Assembly: GCA_963755025.1 (NCBI GenBank)
Contig: CAVWIH010000028.1
Coordinates: 64,001 to 128,000 of the forward strand
DNA length: 64,000 nucleotides
From: an uncultured Actinomycetes bacterium
GTDB taxonomy: Bacteria > Actinomycetota > Thermoleophilia > UBA2241
Direction of reading: 5' to 3'
Position 1 is the stretch's first letter. Each line of letters begins with the position of its first letter. The translations under genes were made by a program, and so were the position numbers. A model generated the notes under the pieces. It made no database searches and was not told the DNA's origin. It saw only the letters and a program-made list of their open reading frames with translations. Shown piece by piece: positions 22,725-33,221 of this stretch.

Positions 22725-23674
22725 GCGCCGCGAGGTCACCGTGCGTTCGTCGGGGGGGCAGCCGGAGCTCGGTCTGGGCGATGTCTTCGTAGAGGCGCAC
22801 GGGCGACATCTCGCCGGCGGCGTCGCCGTACGGCGGCTCGCGCGCGCCGAAAGATCTGCTCGGCGACGGCGCTGAGCTCGATCGGCACGCCCTGGGCGCG
22901 CGCCAGATCGACTGCCAGCCCGAGGTCCTTGCAGGCGAGGGCCATGGCGAAGCCGCTCTCGTAGTCGCCGTCGTGCAGCAGCGGCAGCAGGTCGCGCTCG
23001 AGCAGCACGCTGTTGGCGGGACTGGCCACGAGGGCCTGATGGAGCACCGCCAGGTCGACCCCGGCGCGCGCCCCGACCGTGAGCGTCTCGGCGATGGCGA
23101 CGAGCGAATCGAACCACAGCTGGTTGAGCAGGAGCTTGACGGCGTAGCCGGCGCCGTGGGCGCCGACGTGCATGATCTTCCCGGGGTCGCCCATGACGGC
23201 AAAGACGGGCCGCATCTGCTCGAAGTCGCTCGCCTCGCCGCCCACGTAGATCTGCAGGGTGCCGGCCGCGGCGCCTTTGGCCATGCCGGCGACGGGCGCG
23301 TCGAGCACCCTGATGCCGCGCCCCGCGCCGCGCTCGCGCACACGCTCGGCGACGGCCGGCAGCGAGGTCGACATATCGACCCACAGGGCGCCGCCCGGCA
23401 GGGCGGCGAGCGCCTCGCCGGCGCCCAGCATGACGTCGTCGACCGCGGCCGGGGTGGGCAGCATGGTGATTAGCGCGTCGGCCGCCGCGGCGGCCTCGGC
23501 GGCGCTTGCGGCGGCGTGCGCCCCGGCCGCGGCGAGCGGAGCGATCAGCGCGGCGTCGAGGTCGTAGACGGTCAGCTCGTAGCCCGCCGCGGCGAGGCGA
23601 TGGCTCATGTGCCCGCCCATGTGGCCGAGGCCGATGAAGGCGAGGCGCGGGGCGCGCCCGCGAGCCGTGCTCAT
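22714..23674 (-). CDS. NAD(P)-dependent beta-hydroxyacid dehydrogenase family (frameshift near 22835)
   Basis: [36 protein letters not shown]. Confidence 0.85.
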
Positions 23675-24174
23675 GGCCTGCGAAAGAACGGGTTGCGGGG
23701 GTCGTCGCGGGCGGCCAGCGCGTGCTCGACGTCAGGCAGCCCCGCGCCCGCGTTGCGCAGCGCGGTGAGCGTGGCGGCGCGGTTGTTGGCGTAGACCGCC
23801 TCTTCGTCGGCGGCCGCCGGGTTCACCCACACGGCCGCGATCAGCAGCAGCTCGTCGACGGTCGCCCGCTCGATCACGCCTTCGGCGACCGCTTCGGCGA
23901 CGCCCGAGGCGACGCCCGCCTGGGCGGCGCCCCACGTGAGGTCACCGTGCCGGCCCGGGCCGATCGTGGCCTTGTTGACGAAGAGCGTCATGGGCTTGAC
24001 CGCGAGGCCGGGGCGCACGACCGCGACGAACGGCACGTGTCCTTCGCGCGGCGTCGCGAGCGCGGTGGCCCAGGCGACCCCGACCGGGCCGTCACGGGGA
24101 CCGAGGACGGTGTTGACGTGGGCGGCGTCGACGCCCTCGCCGACGAAGCCTTCACCGATGAGCATGCTGTCCAC
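23671..24174 (-). CDS. fae: Formaldehyde-activating enzyme (Fae) homolog
   Basis: IGEGFVGEG..AHV..LGPRDGPVG.A.ATAL, VKPMTLFVNKATI, WGAAQAGVASGVA, NNRAAT. Confidence 0.8.
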   Translation of the reverse strand: MDSMLIGEGFVGEGVDAAHVNTVLGPRDGPVGVAWATALATPREGHVPFVAVVRPGLAVKPMTLFVNKATIGPGRHGDLTWGAAQAGVASGVAEAVAEGVIERATVDELLLIAAVWVNPAAADEEAVYANNRAATLTALRNAGAGLPDVEHALAARDDPRNPFFRRP

Positions 24175-24439
24175 CTGACCCGCTCTCCTTGCGACCGAAG
24201 GGCCGGCAACGTGCCGGAGCGTCAGAGTCGTAGCCGCTCGCCGGTCTTGCCAAACCGTCGCACGGCCTCGCGGCCCGGCCGCGCGGGGGCCCGGGCCGGC
24301 AAGACGGAGGAGGCGTCGGGAGAAGAGTTAGGAGTCTTTAGTCCCCGCTTCGCGGTAGAATGTTCTGTGCTATTCTTGACGGGAAGAACTTTTGGCTGAA
24401 AGACTCGCGTTTCGGCGCGTACCGACGAAAGGGGGCGGA

Positions 24440-24906
24440 GTGGACCAGCTCGATCGTGAGATCCTCGTCGCGCTGCAGACGCGAAGGGCGCAAGTCCAAC
24501 CTCGCGCTGGCCCGCGAGCTCGACCTCTCGCCGTCGGCCATGCTGGGCCGCGTGCGGCGCCTCGAGCAGAGCGGCGCGATCCGCGGCTACCGCGCGATCG
24601 TCGATCCGCTGGCGCTCGACATCACCGTGCAGGCGCTCACGGTGGTCAAGCTGCGCGAACACAGCGAGCAGGCCATCAGGGAGTTCGAAGACGCCGTCAA
24701 AGGCGTGCTCGGCGTGCGCGCCTGCTACCACGTGACCGGGCAGTTCGACATGGTCATGGTGCTGGCCCTGCGCGACCTCGACGCACCTCGCCCAGATGAT
24801 CCGGGTCGATCTCGCCAAGATCCCCGGCGTGATGCAGCTCGAGACCATGCTGATCATGGCCGAGTCGGTGGCCGACGAGGGCTGGCCGGTCTTTCCCGAA
24901 GAGTGA
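24440..24906 (+). CDS. Lrp/AsnC family regulator (frameshifts)
   Basis: VDQLDREILVALQ..GRKSNLALARELDLS...RVRRLEQSGAIRGY; CYHVTGQFD. Confidence 0.88.
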
Positions 24907-24972
24907 CGACGCGCCGGCGCGTCGCGCCGGCGCTTTCCCGTCTGCGATCCTGAACGACCAGGAGGTACGAAC

Positions 24973-25831
24973 ATGCCGGCAAAGAAGGGCGTCCTCGAGC
25001 TTCACGAGATGAAGCGCGCGGGCGAGAAGATCGCCTGGCTCACCGCCTACGACTACCCGACCGCCGACCTTCGAGCAGGAGGCCGGCATCGACATGATCC
25101 TGGTGGGCGACTCGCTCGGCATGTGCGTCTACGGCTACCCCGGCACCGTGCCGGTCACCATGGACCAGTGCATCGTGCACTGCGAGGCCGTGCGCCGGGC
25201 GGCGCCCGACGTGTTCGTGGTCGGCGACATGCCGTTCATGAGCTATCAGATCTCCGACGAAGAGGCCGTGCGCAACGCCGGCCGCTTCCTTAAAGGAGGC
25301 CGGCGTCGACGCCATCAAGCTCGAGGGCGGCGTCTCGGTGATCAGCCGCGTCAAGGCGATCCTCGACGCCGGCATCGTGGTCTGCGGCCACATCGGCCTC
25401 ACTCCGCAGAGCTCCGGACAGCTCGGTGGCCACAAGGCCCAGGGCCGTACGCTCGAGTCGGCCAAGCTCGTCGTCGAAGACGCCCGCGCCCTCTACGAGG
25501 CCGGCGTCCAGCTGCTGCTGGTCGAAGCCGTGCCGCCCGAGGTCGCCGCGTTCATCCGCGACGAGCTGCCGATCCCGGTGCTGGGCATCGGCGCCGGCGA
25601 GCAGGTCGACGGCCAGCTCCTCATCGTCAGCGACGTGCTGGGCACCTTCCAGGCCTTCACTCCCAAGTTCGTCAAGAAGTACGCCGACCTGGCCGGCGTC
25701 GCCACCGCGGCCCTCACCGAGTACGTCGCCGACGTGCGCGGCCGGCGGGTTCCCCGAGGAGCAGCACTGCTACCACATGCTCGAGGGCGAGCACGAGCGC
25801 TTCCTGGGCTACACCGGGGAAGGACGCGTGA
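24973..25831 (+). CDS. panB: 3-methyl-2-oxobutanoate hydroxymethyltransferase (frameshifts)
   Basis: [49 protein letters not shown]. Confidence 0.93.
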
Positions 25832-27056
25832 TCGCTGGCGAACGAGCGCCCCCGCCCACCCGCGCGGCCCGGGTCGACGACCTGGGCACCGAGACGGTGT
25901 TCGCGGTCGCGGCCGAGGCCGCGGCGCTGGCCGCCCAGGGCAGGACGGTCTACCCGTTCCACCTGGGCGACTTGAACCTCGCCACCCCGGCGAACATCGC
26001 CGAGGCCGCCACCCGGCGCCCTGCGCGACGGCAAGACGACCTACTGCCCCAACGCCGGCATCGCCGAGCTGCGCGCGGCGATCGCCGCACGACGTCGGCG
26101 CCGCCCGCGGCCTCGACTACACCGTCGAGAACGTGAGCGTCCAGCCGGGCGGCAAGCCGGTCATCGGCAAGTTCCTGCTCACGCTGATGGACCCCGGCGA
26201 CGAGGTGCTCTACCCCAACCCGGGCTTTCCCATCTACAGCTCGCTGATCGAGTTCTTCGGCGGCCGCGCGCTGCCCTACACCTACGTCGAGCAGGGCGAC
26301 GGCTTCGTGCTCGACCTCGAGCAGATCGAGCGCCTGATCACGCCGGCCACCCGGCTGCTCATCCTGAACGACCTGCACAACCCGACGGGCGCCGAGTGCT
26401 CGTCCGCCGAGCTCGAGGGCCTCGCCGAGATCGTGCGCCGCCACGACCTGCGCGTGCTCTGCGACGAGGCCTATTTCGACGTGCGCTACCAGGGCACGAG
26501 CCGCTCGCTCGCCTCGCTGCCCGACATGCAGGAGCGCTGCGTCATTCTCTTCACGTTCTCCAAGAAGTACGCGATGACCGGCTGGCGCCTGGGCGCGGCC
26601 ATCGGTCCCAAGCCGTTCATCGACGTCTGCAACACGCTCAACGTCAACGGCGAGTCGTGCACCAACCAGTTCGTGCAGTGGGCCGGCGTCGAGGCCCTCA
26701 CCGGCGACCAGAGCGGGGCGCGCGCCATCATGGCCCGCCTCGAGGGGCGCCGCGACGCGGCGCGCGAGATCCTCGACTCCACGCCGGGCATCCGCTGCCT
26801 CGAGCCCAACACGACCTTCTACCTGTATCCCAACGTCACCGAGGCCATGGAGCGGACCGGCCTCACCGACTACGAGAGCTTCCGGCGGGCCATCCTCGAG
26901 CACACGGGTGTCTCCATGTGCACGCGGCTGCACTTTGGCCCTGCGCTGCCCGGCGAGACGCAGCGCTACCTGCGCTTCGCCTACTCCGGTCTCACGACCG
27001 AGCGCATCCGCGAGGGCCTGGGGCTGCTCAAGACCTTCATGGAAAGCCACGGGTGA
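25828..27056 (+). CDS. PLP-dependent class I/II aminotransferase (frameshifts near 26015-26090)
   Basis: [36 protein letters not shown]. Confidence 0.88.
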
Positions 27057-27160
27057 CGCCCGTCGGTTGAACCCGCCATACTAGGGCGCTACGCCCAGAC
27101 GATCCCAAGAGTCCCAACGATCACCGACACGTGATCAGACCATGCGGAGGAGACAAGACG

Positions 27161-28612
27161 ATGAAAGACGTGCGTGACCCTGTGATCACCGGTCGCCTGA
27201 CGATGCTGTCCGAGAAGGGCAAGCAGGACATCTACGACGCGGCGGTGCGGATCGCCAGCGAGATCGGCATGCGCGTGCCGCACCAGGTGTCGCGCGACCT
27301 GCTGGTCGCCGCCGGCGCGACCGTCGAGCAAGGCGATCTCGTGCACGTGTCGCGCGAGATGATCGAGGCCGCCCGCAAGACGGCGCCCGCCCTGTTCAGC
27401 GTCTACGACCGTAACGGCGAGCCCGCCATGGAAGTCGGCAAGAACCACAGCTACTTCGGCACCGGTTCCGACCTCATGGAGATCTACGACCTCGAGACCG
27501 GCGAGCCGCGCCAGACCACCCTGGCCGACGTCGGTCGCGCCGCGCACGTCTGCGACGGCCTCCCCAACATCGACTTCATCATGTCGTGCGCCTACCCGCA
27601 CGACGTCGTGCCCGCCTCGCGCGAGTACCTCGAGAGCTTCCGCCAGATGATCACCAACACGACCAAGCCGATGGTCATGACCGCCGCGGGCGGCGAAGAC
27701 CTCGAGGTCATGTGGCAGATCGCCTGCGAGCTGCGCGGCGGCGAGCAGGCCCTGCGCGACAAGCCCTACTTCATCATGTACGGCGAGCCCGTGAGCCCCC
27801 TGCGCCACGCGAGCGAAGTCCTCGACAAGCTGCTCTTCTGCGCCGACAAGGGCATTCCCGCGATCTACTCGCCGGCGCCCAGCGCCGGCGCCACCGCGCC
27901 CATCACGCAGGCCGGCCACATCGTGCTGGCCGTCGCCGAGTCGCTGTTCGGCCTCGTCATCCACCAGCTCCGCAAGCCGGGCGCGCCGTTCGTCTTCGGC
28001 ATGGGCCCGGTCAAGATCGACATGACCACCGTGCAGGCCCTCTACAACTCGGCCGAGTACTACACGACCATCCTCGGCATCTGCGAGATGGCCAAGTGGC
28101 TCGACCTGCCGAACTGGGGCTACGCCGGCTCGAGCGACTCGCACGTGGTCGACGCGCAGGCCGGCATGGACGCCGCCGAGCTCACCCTGCTCTCCATGCA
28201 GGCCGGCTCCAACCTGAACCACGACATCGGCTACCTGGCGTTCGGCCTGATCGGCGCCCTCGAGCTGGTCGTCATCACCGACGAGATCATCTCGCTGAAC
28301 CGCCGCACCCTCGAGGGCATCGAGGTCAGCCCCGAGACCCTCGGCGTCGAGGTCATCGCCAAGGTCGGTCCGGGCGGCGAGTTCCTGCGCGAGAAGCACA
28401 CCGCCAAGTACGTCCGCACCCAGCAGTGGATGCCCACCATGCTCAACCGCAAGACGCGCGAGAACTGGAAGGCCGACGGCGCCCCCGACCTGCGCGAGCG
28501 CGCCCGTCGCAAGGCCCTCGCCATTCTCGCCGACCACAAGCCCGAGCCGATCGCCCCCGCCACCATGGCGAAGGTCGACCAGCTCACCGACGGCTACCAG
28601 CCGGCTCCGTGA
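27161..28612 (+). CDS. Trimethylamine methyltransferase (MttB) superfamily, non-pyrrolysine
   Basis: EPVSPL, AGATAPITQAG, AESLFGLVIHQL..PGAPFVFG, DSHVVDAQAG, VGPGGEFL..KHT; no in-frame TAG. Confidence 0.9.
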   Translation: MKDVRDPVITGRLTMLSEKGKQDIYDAAVRIASEIGMRVPHQVSRDLLVAAGATVEQGDLVHVSREMIEAARKTAPALFSVYDRNGEPAMEVGKNHSYFGTGSDLMEIYDLETGEPRQTTLADVGRAAHVCDGLPNIDFIMSCAYPHDVVPASREYLESFRQMITNTTKPMVMTAAGGEDLEVMWQIACELRGGEQALRDKPYFIMYGEPVSPLRHASEVLDKLLFCADKGIPAIYSPAPSAGATAPITQAGHIVLAVAESLFGLVIHQLRKPGAPFVFGMGPVKIDMTTVQALYNSAEYYTTILGICEMAKWLDLPNWGYAGSSDSHVVDAQAGMDAAELTLLSMQAGSNLNHDIGYLAFGLIGALELVVITDEIISLNRRTLEGIEVSPETLGVEVIAKVGPGGEFLREKHTAKYVRTQQWMPTMLNRKTRENWKADGAPDLRERARRKALAILADHKPEPIAPATMAKVDQLTDGYQPAP

Positions 28613-28682
28613 GGCAGGCGCACCCTGAAGAGCGGCCGCCCGTAGCCCGGCCGGCCGCATGGGCTGCGGGGACGGCGGCGCT

Positions 28683-30068
28683 GTGATCAGCGCCGCCGGC
28701 CTCGACGCCATCCACGAGGGTGCGCTGCGTCTGCTGCGCGAGGTCGGCTGCGCCGTCCTCGAACCCGAGGCGCTCGCCCTGCTCGCCGCCCACGGCGCCG
28801 CCGTCGACGGCGTCCGCGTGCGCATCGGCGAGGAGCTCGTCGCCACCGCGCTCGCGACGGCGCCGGCCGGCTACACGGTAGCCGGCCGGCGCCCCGCGCG
28901 CGACCGCCGCGTGGGCGCCGGCGCCGACCCCGTGCTCGGCCACCGCTTCGGGTCCCGCCTTCGTGCTCGACGCACGGCGAGCGCCGCCACGGCACGCTCG
29001 CCGACGTGCGCGACGCGGTGGCCCTCACCCACCAGCTCGCCAACCTCGACGTCTACGCCCTCGCAATCGAGGCGCTCGACGTGCCCGAGGAGCGCCGCCC
29101 GCAGACCATCGCTCACGCCACCGTCACCGGCACCGGCAAGCCGTCGCGCGTCGACGTCACGACCGCGCTCGAGCTGCAGGTGGCGCTCGACGTCGCCGAG
29201 ATCCTCTACGGGGCCGGCTGGCACGACCGGCCGCGCCTCTGGACGGTCATCAACACGACCTCGCCGCTGCAGCTCTCGGCCGACGCCGGCCGTTCGCTGC
29301 TGCGCCTGGCGCGCCTTGGCCAGCCAGTCTGCCTGACCGTGTGCGCCATGGCCGGCACCACGGCGCCGCTCACGCTGGCCGGGCTGCTCGACCGTGCAGC
29401 ACGCCGAGCTGCTCCTGGGGCTCGTGCTCACCCAGCTCGCCCAGCCGGGCTGCCCGTTCCTCTACGGGGGCACTTCGTCGGTGTCGTCCATGCGCAGCGG
29501 CGCGCTGCTCATGGGCGTTCCCGAGTACTGGGCCGTGGTCGAGGCGACGGTCGCCCTGGGTCACCGGCTGGGCCTGCCGGTGCGCACCGGCGGCGCCCTC
29601 ACCGATGCCCACGTGACCGACGCGCAGGCCGGCGCCGAGTCGGCTCTCGGCCTCGAGGCAGCCCTGCGGGCGGGAGCCGACTTCGTGCTGCACGCCGGCG
29701 GCATCCTGTCGTCGTTCAACTGCTTTTCGACCGCCAAGCTCGTGCTCGACGACGAGCTGCTCGGCGCCCTGCGCCGCGCGCGCCGGCCGATCATGGTCGA
29801 CGCCGACACCCTGGCGCTCGACGTCGTGGCCGCCGCCGGCCCCGGCGGCTCGCTGCTGGGCCAGGCCCACACCCGCCGTCACGCGCGCGACGTCGCTCCC
29901 GACGGCCTCATGAACCGCGACCCCTACGAGACCTGGGTGGCGCACGGCAGCCGCGACCTGGCCACCAGGGCCGACGCGCGGGTCGCCGAGCTGCTGGCCG
30001 CCTACACCCCGCCCGACGACTTGGACGAAGTCACCGCGCGGCAGCTCAGGGAGTACTGTTTGGCTTAA
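28683..30068 (+). CDS. Second MttB-superfamily methyltransferase (frameshifts)
   Basis: INTTSPLQ, MAGTTAPLTLAG, PGCPFLYG, RTGGALTDAHVTDAQAG.E, AGPGGSLL..HT. Confidence 0.85.
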
Positions 30069-30196
30069 GCGAGCGGCGTGCGCACGAGACGCCCCCGACG
30101 CCGGCTTGCCGCCGCCGCGCTCCCGGTCCGCGCCGGACACCACGTGGAGAATCACAGAAAAGGACTACGAAGAGGCTTCTCTTCAAGGAGGACAAC

Positions 30197-30847
30197 GTGA
30201 CCGACGAACTCTACTCTCAGATGGCCCAGTCAGTGATCGACGGCGAAGACGACACCGCCGCCGCGCTGGCCCAGAAGGGCCTCGACGCCGGCCTCTCGGC
30301 CGCCGACATCCTCGACAAGGGCTTCGTCAAGGGCATCGAGCACGTCGGCGAGCTCTTCGGCAAGGGCGAGTTCTTCCTGCCCGAGCTGGTGCAGGGCGCC
30401 GAGGCCATGAAGGCCGCCGTGGCCGTCCTGCAGCCCGCCCTCGACGCCTCCAAAGAAGGCCGCAAGGCGACCGGCATCGCCGTGGCCGGCACCGTGGCCG
30501 GCGACATCCACGAGATCGGCAAGACCATCGTCTGCTCCATGCTCTCAGCGGCCGGCTTCGAGGTCACCGACGTGGGCTGCGACGTGGCCCCCGAGACCTT
30601 CGTCGCCAAGTGCGAAGAGGTCAAGCCCAACCTCCTGCTGCTCTCCGCCCTGCTGACCACCACCATGCCCAACCAGGCAAAGACCATCGAGGCCCTGAAG
30701 GCCGCCGGTCTGCGCGACTCCATCAAGGTCATGATCGGCGGCGCCCCCACGACGCGCGCCTGGGCCGACGAGATCGGCGCCGACGGCTACGCCGAAGACG
30801 CCATCGAGGCCGTAGCGGCCGCCAAGACCCTGCTGGGCGTGGCCTAA
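30197..30847 (+). CDS. Methyltransferase corrinoid protein (MttC/MtbC-like)
   Basis: Cap domain FFLPEL..AEAMK; B12 motif GDIHEIGK; LSALLTTTM; MIGGAP; IGADGY. Confidence 0.93.
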   Translation: MTDELYSQMAQSVIDGEDDTAAALAQKGLDAGLSAADILDKGFVKGIEHVGELFGKGEFFLPELVQGAEAMKAAVAVLQPALDASKEGRKATGIAVAGTVAGDIHEIGKTIVCSMLSAAGFEVTDVGCDVAPETFVAKCEEVKPNLLLLSALLTTTMPNQAKTIEALKAAGLRDSIKVMIGGAPTTRAWADEIGADGYAEDAIEAVAAAKTLLGVA

Positions 30848-30897
30848 GGGTCGACCGAGCTCTGCCCACTCGTGGGCAGACCCGTGGCAACGCTTGG

Positions 30898-30932
30898 GGG
30901 GCGGGCGGCGCGCAAGGCGCGCCGCCCGCCCC
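30898..30932 (+). terminator. GC-rich hairpin, putative terminator
   Basis: GGGGCGGGCGGCGCGC-AAG-GCGCGCCGCCCGCCCC, a 16-bp stem after the corrinoid gene; no U-tract. Confidence 0.5.
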
Positions 30933-31011
30933 GCCGACTTCGGTCCACGACCCCGACGGGCTACCAGCGAGGTGAGCAAAACATGGCCGACCGGCGTAGA
31001 CTTCAGGCGCG

Positions 31012-32307
31012 ATGAGTGACCGTAGCGACATGCGCGCGCGCCTGCGCATCCAGCCCGCCGACGTCGAGGCCGTCAACGCCTTTCTGGCGAGCCCCGACAA
31101 CCCCTTTGTCGACAGCCTGCTCGACGTCGTCGACAAGTACGGCGGGGTCGATCAGATCAACCGCGCGGCCGACGAAGCCGGCAAGCTCGAGAACCGCTTG
31201 GCGCGGCTGCGCGATGAACGCTCGCCCTACCTTGCCGGCGTCGAGTGGCTCGCCGAGCAGCGTGATGCCGGGGCCTTCGTCCGCCTGTCCGACTACCGCC
31301 GCGAGGTCCTGGGGTCCGACGCCGAGACCGCAGCCGCGGGCGACGCACGGGCGGCGGCCGACGCAAGCGCCGACGTCAACGCCGTCACCCTCGAGATCAG
31401 CGCCCTGCAGTTCTTCCCCTGGCTCATGGCCGAGGCGCGCCAGGCCATCGAGAAGCGCGAGCTCATGCCCGGGCGCTTCATCCGCGAGCGCAACATGGCC
31501 GAGCAGTCTCGGCCGGGCGGCGACCTGCTGGCCGTCTGCGCGGCCATGCAGGTGATCGGCGCGAGCCACGTCGAGAGTCTCGACACGCGCGGCATCGACG
31601 GCGCCAACCTCATGGTCGGCCTCGAGACGATCGCCGGCTACTTTGGCGGCATCGGCGAGCCCAACGAGCACGTGCTGCACTGGGTCGACGAGTACCTGCA
31701 CTACCTCACCGACTACGGTGTGCGCGAGGTGCTCAACTTCAACATCGGCACCATCCTGGCGGCCTTCGTGCTGCGCAAGCTCGGCGTGCACAACCAGTTC
31801 AAGGTCTCGGTCTTCATGGGCATCGACAACCCCTGGTCGGTCTTCTGGCTGCTCATGGGCGCGCGCCTGCTGGGCGACGACGGCGCCACCAGCCTGAGCG
31901 GCATCAACTTCTCGAACTCGGCCGACTCCGAGACCCTGCGCGCCGCCTCGGCGGTGCGCGAGTCGCTCGGCCTGCGCGAGGCGGTGCGGTTCGAGCACCA
32001 CGTCACCGAGGCCTACAAGTCGATCGTGCGCCAGCCCTACGAGCGCCGCACCGAGGTCGTCGAGATCGCCGCCGACGTGCCCAACATCTCCGCCGAGCAC
32101 GAAGGCGGCGACCCCGCCGTCGAAGCCACTCGCAAGCACCGCAGCGACATCCTCGACTACTTCATCTCAGAGAACGTGATCGAGGCGGCGGGCGCCATGG
32201 AGGCCCTCGAGCGCAATTACCTGGACAAGCACGCCGCGCTCAACCACACCGCCGCCGACCTCATTCGTGCGGGCATCGGCGTCAAACCGGCCTCGCTGCT
32301 GCACTAG
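31012..32307 (+). CDS. Hypothetical soluble protein, 431 aa
   Basis: Long ORF with strong GC3 codon bias and natural composition; no recognised motif. Confidence 0.8.
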   Translation: MSDRSDMRARLRIQPADVEAVNAFLASPDNPFVDSLLDVVDKYGGVDQINRAADEAGKLENRLARLRDERSPYLAGVEWLAEQRDAGAFVRLSDYRREVLGSDAETAAAGDARAAADASADVNAVTLEISALQFFPWLMAEARQAIEKRELMPGRFIRERNMAEQSRPGGDLLAVCAAMQVIGASHVESLDTRGIDGANLMVGLETIAGYFGGIGEPNEHVLHWVDEYLHYLTDYGVREVLNFNIGTILAAFVLRKLGVHNQFKVSVFMGIDNPWSVFWLLMGARLLGDDGATSLSGINFSNSADSETLRAASAVRESLGLREAVRFEHHVTEAYKSIVRQPYERRTEVVEIAADVPNISAEHEGGDPAVEATRKHRSDILDYFISENVIEAAGAMEALERNYLDKHAALNHTAADLIRAGIGVKPASLLH

Positions 32308-32351
32308 GCGCGCAACGAAGTCGCGCACGCCTGAGCGGCGACGACGAAGTC
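32304..32351 (+). repeat. Single copy of the CTAG-anchored repeat
   Basis: CTAGGCGCGCAACGAAGTCGCGCACGCCTGAGCGGCGACGACGAAGTC matches the units at 54241-54414. Confidence 0.8.
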
Positions 32352-32403
32352 GATTGCCGGAGCAGGCGCCCAACGGCGACCGCCGAGGATACGGAGTGAC
32401 CCG

Positions 32404-33180
32404 ATGACCGAGCCCACCGACCACATCGCCCGCAACCGCGCCGCGTGGAACGACTGGGCCGTGCGGTTCGTCGCGCCCGGCGAGCGTAACTGGGCTACCA
32501 GCGAACCCAACTGGGGCATCTGGGGCGTGCCCGAGACCGCGCTGCACGTGCTGCCCGACGAGCTCGCCGGCCTCGACGCTGTCGAGCTCGGCTGCGGCAC
32601 GGCCTACGTGTCGGCCTGGCTGGCGCGCCGCGGCGCGCGGCCCGTGGGCATCGACCTGTCGAGCGAGCAGCTCGCCACCGCGCGCCGCCTGCAGCAGCGC
32701 CACAGCCTGTCGTTCCCCTTGCACGAGGGCAGCGCCGAGCACCTGCCCTTCGCCGACGAGAGCTTCGACCTGGCGATCTCCGAATACGGCGCCTGCCTGT
32801 GGGCCGACCCTCGCCTGTGGGTGCCCGAAGCCGCCCGCGTGCTGCGCCCCGGCGGGCGGCTCATCTTTCTGACCAACGGCACGATCCTCATGCTCTGCCT
32901 GCGCGACGACGTCGACGAGCTGCCTGCCGACCGTCTGGTGCGCGACTACTTCGGCATGTACCGCTTCGAGTGGACCGGCGCTCCCGAGGTCGAGTTCCAC
33001 CTGGGCTACGGCGACTGGATCCGCTTGCTGCGCGACAATGGCTTCGAGGTCGAGGACCTGCTCGAGGTGCGTCCGCCCGCCGACGCCGAGCCCACCCCGC
33101 CCTTCGACGACATCGTCGCCCTCGAGTGGGCGCGGCGCTGGCCGTGCGAAGAGGTCTGGAAGGCGCGCAAGCGCGCCTGA
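32404..33180 (+). CDS. Class I SAM-dependent methyltransferase
   Basis: VELGCGTA, GIDLS, LPFADESFDL, RVLRPGG. Confidence 0.92.
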   Translation: MTEPTDHIARNRAAWNDWAVRFVAPGERNWATSEPNWGIWGVPETALHVLPDELAGLDAVELGCGTAYVSAWLARRGARPVGIDLSSEQLATARRLQQRHSLSFPLHEGSAEHLPFADESFDLAISEYGACLWADPRLWVPEAARVLRPGGRLIFLTNGTILMLCLRDDVDELPADRLVRDYFGMYRFEWTGAPEVEFHLGYGDWIRLLRDNGFEVEDLLEVRPPADAEPTPPFDDIVALEWARRWPCEEVWKARKRA

Positions 33181-33221
33181 GGCGGGGCGCCGGGCGTACG
33201 CGCGGCGCGCACGTGCCGGCT

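Noticed and set aside
25338-27056. Apparent PanB-aminotransferase fusion
   Set aside because: A GTGA stop/start overlap with a GAAGGA RBS at 25828 and several indels nearby point to two genes.
27161-30068. Pyrrolysine recoding in the MttB genes
   Set aside because: No in-frame TAG at the expected position and no pyl genes.
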